A DNA stretch of 64,000 nt from Candidatus Magasanikiibacteriota bacterium (GCA_016182085.1 JACOYB010000004.1:339923-403922); one strand, 5' to 3'. Positions 9,777 through 19,929 are shown, counted from the first letter of the stretch. Made by a program: numbers and translations. Notes: generated by a model from the letters alone, not told the origin.

Positions 9777-10370
9777 ATGTCTAGAAGTAAAATCTCCGAA
9801 AAAATCCTCTTATTCAAGCTTCATACCCGGAAAGACCCGGAAGCTTTCGCAAAGTTATACGATATCTATGCTAGACGAATCTATAGCTTTATTTTTTTTA
9901 AAGTCGGTAACAGAGAAGAAGCGGAAGATATAACGTCAGAAGTTTTCTTAAAGGCCTGGCGTTACATAAATGAAAAAAAGAACATAGAAAGTTTCAGCGG
10001 ATTATTATATAAGCTGGCGCGCAATTCCATAATTGACCTTTACAGATCCAAAGCAAGCCAAAAAGAACTTTTGTCGGTAGATCAAGAAATTGAAGCTGAA
10101 CAAAAATTGGGAAGCACGGCCGTATGGGAAGCTGGCTTTGAAAAAAAGATTGGAGATAAAATTGAAGTGCAAAAAATAATTTTGGCGCTGCAGAAATTAA
10201 AACATGAATATAGAGAAGTGGTAACGCTCAGATATGTTGATGAGTTAGAGATAAGCGAGATAGCGGAAATTACCGGTAAAGGCCATATCTCAATCCGCGT
10301 TACATTGCACCGAGGTTTAAAAAAACTGAAACAAATTTTAGATCAAAATAAAAAATCCGAGAAACAATAA
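9777..10370 (+). CDS. ECF sigma factor
   Basis: AFAKLYDIY, EAEDITSEVFLKAW, LYKLARNSIID, EIAEITGK; start moved to ATG 9777. Confidence 0.9.
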   Translation: MSRSKISEKILLFKLHTRKDPEAFAKLYDIYARRIYSFIFFKVGNREEAEDITSEVFLKAWRYINEKKNIESFSGLLYKLARNSIIDLYRSKASQKELLSVDQEIEAEQKLGSTAVWEAGFEKKIGDKIEVQKIILALQKLKHEYREVVTLRYVDELEISEIAEITGKGHISIRVTLHRGLKKLKQILDQNKKSEKQ

Positions 10371-10383
10371 GACTTAAGACTGT

Positions 10384-11724
10384 ATGTCAAAGGAAATAAT
10401 CAGACAATTAAAATCTTTGAAGCATACCGAAACTGGTCCGAGTGAAGCGTGGTTGAAAAAAAACCGCGAGCTTTTGTTGTCTCAAATTTCAAACACTATT
10501 TCGTCAAAAGAAAAAGAACATGTTAAATTAAATTCTGAAAATTTGTGGCAGGCCATGTCAATATTTCTGCCAAAGTCCGTTGTGTATACGGTAGTAAGAC
10601 CCGTCATGGTGGTGGTGCTTATTGCGGTGATGGGCGTAGGCAGTTGGGTTGCCACCGTAAGCGCGTCGTATGAATCATTGCCGGGTGAATGGCTGTATTC
10701 TGCCAAACGCGCTACGGAAAAAATTCAGGTAGCCGGGGCAGATGCGGTGGGAGACAAAAATAACGTGGCCAAGCTTCATTCCGAGTTTGCTTTAAAGAGA
10801 GCGGTGGAAATGAAAAAAATAATTTCTAAAGGCAGTCCAAACAATATAGAGGTAGCCGCTAAAACCGTAAATGATCTTAAAGATGAGATTAAAAGTATAA
10901 ATAATAACCTGGAAGAGTTGAAAGTAACGGCAGATTCCGGCGCGGAAGTGGTAAAAAATATCAATCAAAATGCCCAAGAAATAAAGGATGTTTTAAAAGA
11001 AGTAAAAGTAAATTTGCTGGTTAGTAACGATGATGTAAAGGCGAGCGATCTGTCTTCTCAGGTTTCAGAAGTAAAAAATTTAGTAAAGGATACGGCAGTT
11101 AAAGCGGTTGAAGTGATGGTAGAAAAGCATTTACAAGGCGACGCGAGCGTTTCCAAAGATGATGTTAAACAGGCTATTAACGACCAGTTGCAATCCGCTA
11201 TCAAAGACGCCGCCGATTCCAAACAAAGCATTGCTGAAGTAAATAAAGTAATCGGGGTGGTAAAAACAGAAGTTGCGGGGATTGCTCAAGATGCCAAGAC
11301 TGCGGCTGTGGTGAGCAGCACTCAGGCGTTGTCTGAAAAAGTAGAAGCTACCTCCAAGCAAACCCAAGCCGCTGTAAACACTTCGCAGCAATTTAATACG
11401 GAAACGGGAAAAACTGTAACCGAAGGACAAGAATTTCTATCTCAAGATAATTTAACGCAGGCAGTAAATAAAGTAAGAGAAGCAAATGCCGTAACCGCTC
11501 AAGCGGAAAAAATCACGGATGATACATTAAAGGCAGTGCAAAATATTTTACCGGTTGTAGCGGTTGCATCTGAAGGGGTGGCCATTACGAGCAGTAGTAT
11601 TATAATCGTAACTACTACTCCCATAACGAGCAGCTCAGGAAAAATTATTACTGTTTCCACAACTATAAAAGTAACTACATCCACTATTCCGGTAGTAATG
11701 CCAAAATCAACCAGTACGTTTTAG
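10384..11724 (+). CDS. Putative anti-sigma factor, DUF5667-like membrane protein
   Basis: Follows the ECF gene; TM helix, then SLPGEWLYSAKRATE motif, coiled coil and Thr/Ser tail. Confidence 0.7.
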   Translation: MSKEIIRQLKSLKHTETGPSEAWLKKNRELLLSQISNTISSKEKEHVKLNSENLWQAMSIFLPKSVVYTVVRPVMVVVLIAVMGVGSWVATVSASYESLPGEWLYSAKRATEKIQVAGADAVGDKNNVAKLHSEFALKRAVEMKKIISKGSPNNIEVAAKTVNDLKDEIKSINNNLEELKVTADSGAEVVKNINQNAQEIKDVLKEVKVNLLVSNDDVKASDLSSQVSEVKNLVKDTAVKAVEVMVEKHLQGDASVSKDDVKQAINDQLQSAIKDAADSKQSIAEVNKVIGVVKTEVAGIAQDAKTAAVVSSTQALSEKVEATSKQTQAAVNTSQQFNTETGKTVTEGQEFLSQDNLTQAVNKVREANAVTAQAEKITDDTLKAVQNILPVVAVASEGVAITSSSIIIVTTTPITSSSGKIITVSTTIKVTTSTIPVVMPKSTSTF

Positions 11725-12006
11725 TACTTTAAAACCAAAACTATAAAAAATAATTCCTATATCTCTTTCCTGCTTGAAATGAAAAGTTTCATGGCAGACA
11801 GGAGAGAGATATGCCCGGTAATTACCTGAATTAATTTAGGAAAATGCCGAGCCTTAGGAAATCGTTAATCACGGTTTTTGCAAAAGGTCGAGGGCTTGTA
11901 AAAGCTCGCCAAACCATTGTATCCCGACCAATCGGGAAAAAGTTTAGTCCACTTACTTCTGACGTTAGTTGGATGCGCAGCGGGCTAAATAAATTTATTT
12001 TAATTT

Positions 12007-15000
12007 ATGACTGATGTATTAAAATCCGTAAAAAAAATCTTTACGGTTAGCGTTGTCGGCGCCACCATGTTGTGGTCCGTTGGCGTTTCGGCTTTGTTGC
12101 CATCTGTTGCTGACGCAGCAGTTTGTCCAACACTTGCCGCCGGTGACATGATCAAGGTATCTGGTAAACCAGCTATCTATTCTGTCGACAAAATGAGTAA
12201 AGTTCTATATTTCCCTTCCGGTGATGAATTCAAGAGCTGGAATGAAACTAACTCCTATGGTGGTTACGTAACTGTAACTCAGGAATGTTTTGATTCCTTG
12301 CCAGTTCCTAGCACATACCCAGGCGCAGTAAACTACCGCGCCGGTTCATACGTTGTAAAGAGACCTTCCTCTGATCAATTGTATGTTGTTGAGCCAGGAA
12401 ATAAATTAGCAAAAATTTCTACAACTGATGCTGCCGCTTTATATGGCGCTAGCTACAAAGTAATGACTGTTGCCGACGCTTTCTGGCCTCACTATGTAAA
12501 TAGAGGAGCCGATATTGCCGGTATGGTTCATGAAGGTATGCTCGTAAGTAAAGATGGTAAAACATGGCTTGTAGATGCCGGTAATGTACTTCGTGAAGTA
12601 ACAGCTACTGGTATGACCGCTAACAGATTCAAATCTGCTTTCGTTCATGCTGTACCTGCTTCCTACTTGACAGCTACTACCGTTGGTTCTCCAGTTACTG
12701 CCCTAGAATCTGTTCTGTCTAACAGAACTCAAGATGGTGCTATCACCACTCCAGGTCCAGTAGTTGGTGGCAACCTAAATGTTACTTTAGCCGCTGATAA
12801 TCCAGCTGCTGGTAACATTGCTGACGGTTCTGCTTACAACAGCGTCTTAAAATTAAACTTAAGCGCTAGCGCAGCTACTCAAGTTACCGGATTAACCTTA
12901 ACCAAGACTGGTCTTATTTCTAATACAAATATCTCCGGTGTTAGCGTTTGGGATTCTCAGGGTAACCGCAAAGGCGATGTAATGACTTCCTTAACTTCAG
13001 ATAATAAAATAACTGTAAGTTTTGGATCAAGTCCATTACTCGTAGGAGCTGGTAGCAGCGAATCTTTAACTGTTAAAGTTAATATCGCTCCTGCTGCTAA
13101 CTCTGGACTCGTAGGCTTTAGTCTAGCTGCCGCTGCTGATGTTGTAAGTAATGGTACTGTTGCCGGATCATTCCCAATCGTTGGTAACCAAATGGCTATC
13201 ATTGATGGTAATGCTTCCTTAGCTTCTACTACTATTTCTGGTCAATCAGTAGGTGGTTCCGCTTCTCAACCTGCTAGCACTGCTTCCGGTAACTTAAATA
13301 TTGGCGATCTACAAAAAGAAGTTGCCAAATTTAGATTCACCGAACAGACTGGCAATGAAGATGTGTCTATCTCTAGAATTACTTTCTACGTAGCTGGTAC
13401 TATTCAAGATACCGACCTAGCTAACTGGAGTGTTTACGCTCCAAGCGGAGAAAAACTTGGTATGACAGCCGCAATGAGCAATCGTTACGTAACTGTTAAC
13501 TTTACCACTCCTTATGTAGTACCTAAGAGCACAAACCGTGATCTTACTGTAAAAGTTGATGTTGTAAACGGTTCAACCCGCAACTTCAATGTTCATATTC
13601 AGAGTGATTACGATGTATTGATTAAAGGTGTTACTACCGGATTCTACATCTTGCCTGGTTCCTTCTCAGACACAACTAGTACAACTGGTTGGTTCAACAT
13701 GGGTTCAGGTACACTAACAGTTAACAAGGCCGTCACTTCTCCTTCTCTAAACATTTCTTCTGGCGCACAAAGTATTGTGTTAGCTAAATTTGATGTTAAA
13801 GCTGTAGGTGAGAACATGGAATTGCGCAAGATGGGTCTTGGTGTAAACCAGGCCGCCGGTTCCAAGACTAAATTAACTGGCAATGTAATTGTTCGTGACG
13901 CAACAGATGGAACTGTATACTTGACTATAGCTGCTTCCGGTGCTGCTGTGTACGGTAGTGCAACACAATATACCTTATCCAGTTACTTGAATCTTAACTC
14001 AAATCAGACAAAGACCCTTGAAGTAGTTGGTAGTGTTGATTCTACTGCAACTTCTGGTGTAAGCTATCAGGTACAAATTGGTAACTTCTATGGTAAGAGA
14101 CTTTCTACTTTAGACTTTGCTGACAACTTGCCAACTTCTGGCAACACCTCTACAGCTGCCAACCAATTAACAGTAAGCGCAACTTCGCTCACTTGTTACA
14201 AGGATACAGCTATGGGTAGTGTTACCCGTGCTCCAGGTGCTACTACCGTAATTGGTCAGTACATCTGTACAGCTGGTACATCTGAAGATGTTCGTTTGAC
14301 AAACGTTGGCGTAGCCTTTGGTCTTGTTTCCGGTATGGCTTCCAACATGTTCCAGAACTTAACACTTTGGAACGGATCTACTCAATTGGGCACATCTTTA
14401 AGCACTGTTGCAAGTACATCAAACAACTTCAACTTTGACTTAACTGTTCCAAAGAGTCAGACTGTAACCTTGCAACTCAAGGCACTCGTTGTAACCGGAG
14501 CTTCCGGAGTCGTAACCACATCTTTCTCCAGCTATAACTATACTGGTAAAGACAGCGGTACAAGCGGAACTGGAAGTATCGTAGCTGGTCAACAGATTAC
14601 TGTTGGCGCTGGTAACTTAAATGTTACTGCCGTATCCGATGCTACTACCCTTTCAAAGGTGTATGGTCCTAACCAGACTGGCGTACAATTAGGTAAATGG
14701 AAACTTGCAGCTGCTAATGATAATGTTACTTTGAGTAAATTAACATTACAGTCTGTATACTCCAACTTAAGTGGCGCTGTTACAACTCTTGGTACATATG
14801 GCAGCTTGTCATTGTATGATGGCTCAACCTTACTGGCCTCTGCTAGCTATGTAAATGGCGATGTAGTGTTCACTGGTTTCAGCTCCACAATTACAATGGA
14901 TAGTTATAAAGTTTACACTTTGAAAGGCACCACAAATGGTTCCGGTGTAATTACTAATAACACCTCCACTGCTTTCGTAGTAAAGAGCGACAGCAATACT

Positions 15001-15705
15001 GACATGGAAGCTAGATCCGACGCTGGTTCACTCCTTGGTACTGCAGATATCAACTACAACACTGCAAGTAACGCAGGTAGCGCTGAATCCAGAATTGGTA
15101 CATCTACAGCTTACTTGTTCCATGACGCATACCCAACTATGACTGCTGTGTCACTTGGAAGTGCATTACTTTTGGATAGCCAAGCTAAGATCCTCAAATA
15201 CACAGTAACCAACTCTGGTGCTCGTGACTTGAGATTGTCCAGCACAACTGTAAACCTAAGCGTTTCCGGTTTAACTGGTTCTGGTGCTAACCTTGGTAGT
15301 GTTTCTGACTTCAGATTGTATGAAGACAATGGTTCTGGTGGTTTGGGCACATACTTGGCCAACACTTCTACCATTTCTATCAGCAGTACAACTCCTAACG
15401 CAGTAGCTTTGATCTTCGGTGTAGGAAATGATCAGAATAGTCTCTTTGACAACCTTGTGGTTGCTCCAGGAGCTAGTCGAACATTTATCGTAACCGCAGA
15501 CACTACTGACATGCTTGACGGTAAGACTACCGGAAGTGTAACACTTTCCGCTAAGATTGCCGGTTCAACTGGTTGGAGCGGTACAGCCTGGAACACAGGT
15601 AACTTGTTATACTTCTACACTCCAGTCGCAGGAAGTGAACAAGGCGCCTTCTCCCACTCAGACTCCTATGATGTATCAGGTACTTCATTGACCTACACAT
15701 TATAA
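12007..15705 (+). CDS. Large secreted S-layer-like surface protein (1232 aa)
   Basis: Signal peptide, Ser/Thr/Gly/Val-rich repeated beta domains, strongly biased GCT/ACT/GGT/AAC codons suggesting high expression. Confidence 0.75.
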   Translation: MTDVLKSVKKIFTVSVVGATMLWSVGVSALLPSVADAAVCPTLAAGDMIKVSGKPAIYSVDKMSKVLYFPSGDEFKSWNETNSYGGYVTVTQECFDSLPVPSTYPGAVNYRAGSYVVKRPSSDQLYVVEPGNKLAKISTTDAAALYGASYKVMTVADAFWPHYVNRGADIAGMVHEGMLVSKDGKTWLVDAGNVLREVTATGMTANRFKSAFVHAVPASYLTATTVGSPVTALESVLSNRTQDGAITTPGPVVGGNLNVTLAADNPAAGNIADGSAYNSVLKLNLSASAATQVTGLTLTKTGLISNTNISGVSVWDSQGNRKGDVMTSLTSDNKITVSFGSSPLLVGAGSSESLTVKVNIAPAANSGLVGFSLAAAADVVSNGTVAGSFPIVGNQMAIIDGNASLASTTISGQSVGGSASQPASTASGNLNIGDLQKEVAKFRFTEQTGNEDVSISRITFYVAGTIQDTDLANWSVYAPSGEKLGMTAAMSNRYVTVNFTTPYVVPKSTNRDLTVKVDVVNGSTRNFNVHIQSDYDVLIKGVTTGFYILPGSFSDTTSTTGWFNMGSGTLTVNKAVTSPSLNISSGAQSIVLAKFDVKAVGENMELRKMGLGVNQAAGSKTKLTGNVIVRDATDGTVYLTIAASGAAVYGSATQYTLSSYLNLNSNQTKTLEVVGSVDSTATSGVSYQVQIGNFYGKRLSTLDFADNLPTSGNTSTAANQLTVSATSLTCYKDTAMGSVTRAPGATTVIGQYICTAGTSEDVRLTNVGVAFGLVSGMASNMFQNLTLWNGSTQLGTSLSTVASTSNNFNFDLTVPKSQTVTLQLKALVVTGASGVVTTSFSSYNYTGKDSGTSGTGSIVAGQQITVGAGNLNVTAVSDATTLSKVYGPNQTGVQLGKWKLAAANDNVTLSKLTLQSVYSNLSGAVTTLGTYGSLSLYDGSTLLASASYVNGDVVFTGFSSTITMDSYKVYTLKGTTNGSGVITNNTSTAFVVKSDSNTDMEARSDAGSLLGTADINYNTASNAGSAESRIGTSTAYLFHDAYPTMTAVSLGSALLLDSQAKILKYTVTNSGARDLRLSSTTVNLSVSGLTGSGANLGSVSDFRLYEDNGSGGLGTYLANTSTISISSTTPNAVALIFGVGNDQNSLFDNLVVAPGASRTFIVTADTTDMLDGKTTGSVTLSAKIAGSTGWSGTAWNTGNLLYFYTPVAGSEQGAFSHSDSYDVSGTSLTYTL

Positions 15706-15745
15706 TCTGAGATAAAGGCATAAATCTGTAAAAAGTTTACAGAGC

Positions 15746-15772
15746 AAAACCCGCCCGCAAGGGCGGGTTTTT
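15746..15772 (+). terminator. Intrinsic terminator
   Basis: AAAACCCGCCC-GCAA-GGGCGGGTTTTT. Confidence 0.9.
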
Positions 15773-15855
15773 GTTTTTAATTATTTTTTCTTTTTTTATT
15801 TTTAATCCTTTTCTCTTTGTAGTTGTTTTATTTAGTAAAAACATTTTCCCGTCTT

Positions 15856-16345
15856 TTATCACCCCATTTTGTCAGCAAAAACACACCTCCCTTACCCCCT
15901 TTCTTTTAAAAGAAAGGGGGTGGAAAGAAATCGCTCGCGGTGGAAAGATTCAGAAAATTTAGGATTCGTTATTCGTTAATTTTCAAAACTCGCCAGCTTA
16001 TTATAAAAGCTGTCTCAAACATTGAAAATTTACTTTGGCCGCCTTAAGGCGGCCAAAGCTAACACTCAAACTCATCTCTAAATTTAACTTCGTCCTTTCC
16101 AAAGCGAGCCCGGACAATCGACGGACACCGTTGTTGTCCAACGGTCGATAACCGAGCATATGGCGAGTGATGCTACTGGCCACGGTGAGGGTAAGCGGTG
16201 CCTTCTTTAAGGCACGGGCAGTCATAAGGTAGCTTGCTGATTGACTGCCCGAGTGAACCCTAAACCGATTGGCAGTAGCGAAATGAGACATCAGCGAGGC
16301 AGTTTTGGGGCATCACCCCGTTTTGCTGACAAAATGGGGTGATAA
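15856..16345. mobile_element. MITE-like non-coding element with 25-bp perfect terminal inverted repeats
   Basis: TTATCACCCCATTTTGTCAGCAAAA (15856-15880) and its reverse complement at 16321-16345; interior of nested hairpins. Confidence 0.6.
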
Positions 16346-16499
16346 GGGTTGGCAAGTGGTTTTTTATTAAAGAAAGCGGCTATAGAAGTATTGCAAAAGA
16401 TGAAAAGGAAAGCTCTTAGCTTGACAAATGACCTATTTTATTGTATATTGCCTGCACATTCTGCCGCGATTGGCAGAATTTTAAATTAGAAATACTTGT

Positions 16500-18305
16500 A
16501 TGAACATCCGCAACGTTGCCATCATCGCCCACGTAGACCACGGAAAGACCACACTTGTGGATGCTTTGTTGCGTCAATCCAAAACTAAATTATCCAAAGA
16601 ACAAGATAGTCAGATTACAATCATGGATAGTAATGATTTGGAACGTGAACGCGGTATTACGATTTTTTCCAAAAATGCTTCCGTAGAATGGAAAGATACA
16701 AAAATAAATATCATTGATACCCCGGGACACGCTGACTTTGGCGGGGAAGTAGAAAGAGTTTTGAAATTAGCTGATGGTTGTTTGTTGCTTGTAGACGCCA
16801 AAGAAGGCCCAATGCCTCAGACCAGATTTGTGCTCAAAAAAGCTTTGCAAATGGGGCATAAAGTAATTGTAGTTATAAATAAAATTGATAAACCAGGCGC
16901 CAGACCAAATTGGGTGCTAGACAAAACTTTTGATTTGTTTGTGGAACTTGGAGCCAGCGACGAAGTGGCTGAATTCCCAGTTATTTATGCTTCCGCCAAA
17001 AATGGTAAGGCCGGTATGGCACCGGATCTAGAAGCAATGACCGACATTACTCCTGTTTTTGATACGGTGTTAAAATTTATTCCTGAACCAAAAGTAGATC
17101 CAAATGCGCCGTTGCAAATACTCATTACTACTATTACCGGCGATAATTTTAAAGGTAGAATTGCGACTGGCAGAATCTATAACGGCACAATCAAAACTGG
17201 CCAAGATATAATGCATATAAATAGAGAAGGCGTAATGAAAAAATGCCGCGTTATGGCGCTCATGACATTTTTTGGTTTAGAAAGAATAGAAGTTCAAGAA
17301 GCGTTTGCCGGAGATGTGGTGGCTATTGCCGGTATTGGAGATATAAACATCGGTGAAACTGTGGCTGATGTTGCCAGCCCGGTTGCTTTGCCGCTTCTTA
17401 CCATAGAAGAACCAACTGTTAAAATGACTTTTAGTGTAAATAATTCTCCGTTTGCCGGAAAAGAAGGGGAATTTACCACTTCCAGACAGATTCGCGATAG
17501 ATTATTTAAAGAACTAGAAACAGACATGGCTCTAAAGGTGGCCGATGGTACCGAAGGCAATTGGATTGTTTCTGGCCGCGGTGAATTGCATTTAGCAATA
17601 CTTATCGAACGTCTGCGCCGAGAAGGATTTGAATTCCAGATTTCTCGTCCGCAAGTTATTATTAAAGAAGTTGATGGTCAAAAAATGACTCCTTATGAAC
17701 AAGTGTTTGTGGAAGTTCCCGAAGCTCATTCTGGAGCGGTAATCCAAAAGTTGGGCAGCCGCCACGGAGAATTACGAGAAATGAGAACCGAAAATGGCAT
17801 AGTTTTCTTAGAGTTTATTATTCCAACCCGCGGGTTGTTTGGTTATCGTACCGAATTTTTGACCGACACCAGAGGTTTGGGAATTATCAATACAATTTTT
17901 TATCAGTACATGCCGGATCCGGCCAATTGGCGCGAACGCGATCAAGGATCGCTTGTGGCTCACGAAACTGGTGTTACCAATTTGTATGGACTTCTTAATG
18001 TGCAAGACAGAGGAGTTATGTTTATTGGCCCTGGTGTGCAGGTTTACAAAGGCCAGGTAGTGGGTCAAAATGCGCGCAGTGAAGATATATCTGTAAATGT
18101 ATGTAAAGAAAAACAACTCTCTAACATGCGTTCCAAAGGCGATGGCGTGAGCGAACATTTTAACGCGCCAAAAGTTATGGATTTGGAAGAAGCGATGGAA
18201 TATATCGGTGATGATGAACTTGTAGAAATTACTCCAAAAAGCATTCGCATCAGAAAAGTTATCTTGGATGAAAGCGAAGCCAAACGAAAAGCACGGGGAA
18301 TGTAA
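16500..18305 (+). CDS. typA: Translational GTPase TypA/BipA
   Basis: AHVDHGKTT, ERGITI, DTPGHADFGGEVER, GRGELHL, LVEITPKSIRIRK. Confidence 0.97.
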   Translation: MNIRNVAIIAHVDHGKTTLVDALLRQSKTKLSKEQDSQITIMDSNDLERERGITIFSKNASVEWKDTKINIIDTPGHADFGGEVERVLKLADGCLLLVDAKEGPMPQTRFVLKKALQMGHKVIVVINKIDKPGARPNWVLDKTFDLFVELGASDEVAEFPVIYASAKNGKAGMAPDLEAMTDITPVFDTVLKFIPEPKVDPNAPLQILITTITGDNFKGRIATGRIYNGTIKTGQDIMHINREGVMKKCRVMALMTFFGLERIEVQEAFAGDVVAIAGIGDINIGETVADVASPVALPLLTIEEPTVKMTFSVNNSPFAGKEGEFTTSRQIRDRLFKELETDMALKVADGTEGNWIVSGRGELHLAILIERLRREGFEFQISRPQVIIKEVDGQKMTPYEQVFVEVPEAHSGAVIQKLGSRHGELREMRTENGIVFLEFIIPTRGLFGYRTEFLTDTRGLGIINTIFYQYMPDPANWRERDQGSLVAHETGVTNLYGLLNVQDRGVMFIGPGVQVYKGQVVGQNARSEDISVNVCKEKQLSNMRSKGDGVSEHFNAPKVMDLEEAMEYIGDDELVEITPKSIRIRKVILDESEAKRKARGM

Positions 18306-18415
18306 GATCAGTCCTTAAAGTTTATAAAGTTACGGATATTTTGACGGACAATTATTTTTTTGTTAAAGTTTATTAACTTGTGACTTTATAGACTTTTGAC
18401 TTTTCAAACTTCAAT

Positions 18416-18487
18416 GGCCCCATCGTCTATCAGTTAGGACACGACCTTCTCAAGGTTGAGAGACGGGTGCGATTCCCGTTGGGGCTA
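18416..18487 (+). tRNA. tRNA-Glu (CTC)
   Basis: Acceptor stem GGCCCCA/TGGGGCT, anticodon arm CGACC-TT-CTC-AA-GGTTG, T arm ACGGGTGCGATTCCCGT. Confidence 0.92.
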
Positions 18488-18660
18488 CAAATATAAAAGA
18501 CACCGTTTTGGTGTCTTTTATATTTGTTAGGGTCCACAACGGGAATCGCAGGGAAAGGGTGAAAACGGAAGTTTTCACTTGCTGAGGAAAGTCCACGAAA
18601 ACCCGAAGGTTTTCGTGAGAGCCCGCTTGCGGGCGAGCGATGCCCTAGTTGGGGCTACAA
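18488..18660 (+). repeat. tRNA-Glu-linked element: terminator, antisense copy of tRNA 3' half, three hairpins, direct copy of tRNA 3' end
   Basis: CAACGGGAATCGCA (18537-18550) is the reverse complement of the T arm; GCGATGCCCTAGTTGGGGCTACAA (18637-18660) repeats the tRNA end. Confidence 0.75.
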
Positions 18661-18869
18661 CTCCACAAACCGAACACTTCTGGTCGTTTCTGGAGATAAG
18701 TTGATAAAAGCCATCTTAGATGAGATGGCTTTTATGATTTATCGAAGAACGTCAATTCTATTATATGGCGATCTTGACAAAACGCTCATTTTATGGTATT
18801 ATCGACTGTTTCCTCAGCCTAGCAGCTTTATGGCTTTTAAGCTGAGGAAATCAATCCTCGGAGGTTCCC

Positions 18870-19505
18870 ATGGAAAACGTCTGGGTCGGTATCGTTCTGT
18901 TCGCTCTCGCTGCCACCTGCCTCGCTCTCGTCGAGATCGAGTCGGAGGGCAAGCACGGGTGGGCAGAGAAGTTGCCCACCTGGTACCGCACCAAGGGCCG
19001 ACTGGCGCGGATCTACGCCATCATCATGGCGAAGAAGCCGCTCACCGGCTATCACCTCTGGATGTTCTTCTTCCCGATCTTCTTCTTCCACTTCCAGTTC
19101 GCCTTCGCGTCCTGGTCGCTGGAGAAGGAGCTGCTCACCTGGGCGGTCTATTTCGCCTGGTGTGTGCTGTGGGACTACCACTGGTTCGTCATGAACCCCG
19201 CCTATAAGGGCAGGTTCAAGAAGGACTACGTCTGGTGGCATGCGAAGAGCGCTTGGGTGTTCGACTGGTTTCCGGTCGACTACCTGGTGGGCACGGGCTT
19301 CTCGTTCGTGCTCGCAGCCGGAGCAGCCTTGGTCGCTGGCAACAGCGGCGTGTTGCTCAACCACTTCTATGTGGTGGCGGGTTGGTGGGGCTATACGGCG
19401 ATCCTCAAGATCATCGTGAGTCCATACTACCATCGCTGGCATATCAAGATGCATCATTGGTCGCGTGACCAACGCGACCAAGTCGACATCTTCCACCAGG
19501 ACTAA
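18870..19505 (+). CDS. GC-rich orphan integral membrane protein
   Basis: GGAGG SD, TTGACA-17-TATTAT promoter (18774-18802), several TM helices. Confidence 0.8.
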   Translation: MENVWVGIVLFALAATCLALVEIESEGKHGWAEKLPTWYRTKGRLARIYAIIMAKKPLTGYHLWMFFFPIFFFHFQFAFASWSLEKELLTWAVYFAWCVLWDYHWFVMNPAYKGRFKKDYVWWHAKSAWVFDWFPVDYLVGTGFSFVLAAGAALVAGNSGVLLNHFYVVAGWWGYTAILKIIVSPYYHRWHIKMHHWSRDQRDQVDIFHQD

Positions 19506-19929
19506 ACCCTCACGGACGCGCCACCGCAAGGCGTCTGATGGGACACAAAGAAAGGAGCAGTACTTGCGGTCTCATCAAAAACAACTTTCACCCGAAGGTT
19601 GTTTTTGTTTATGTTATATTTGAGAGGTGGTAAGTAAGTAGACAGTAGAGAGGAGTCGTGATATTATGGCGGTAATATTAGTTTTTTATTACTACTTAAT
19701 AACATAGGTCCAAACACCAGCCACCTCTCCTTTATCTCCTGAACTAAGGTGTGCCAGAAAAAAGACAAGTAGGCTACACCAAAAACTAAAAAACCGTTCG
19801 CAAATTCCTCCTGCTTTACCTCTAAGTTAATATTTAGAAATAAAGCAGATGGGCGAACGGTTTTTTGTTTCCCACCTATTTTTTAAAGGTGGGCCGCGAA
19901 TGTACATGGTTCCTCCTGTGAACGGTTGT

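Noticed and set aside
16001-16291. 96-aa ORF inside the terminal-inverted-repeat element
   Set aside because: Runs through palindromes, has no transposase motif and no TATG or SD start
18584-18594. GAGGAAAGTCC, the RNase P RNA P4 signature
   Set aside because: No matching 3' P4 strand (ACAGAA...GGCTTA-like) or other rnpB helices found downstream; it lies inside the tRNA-linked element
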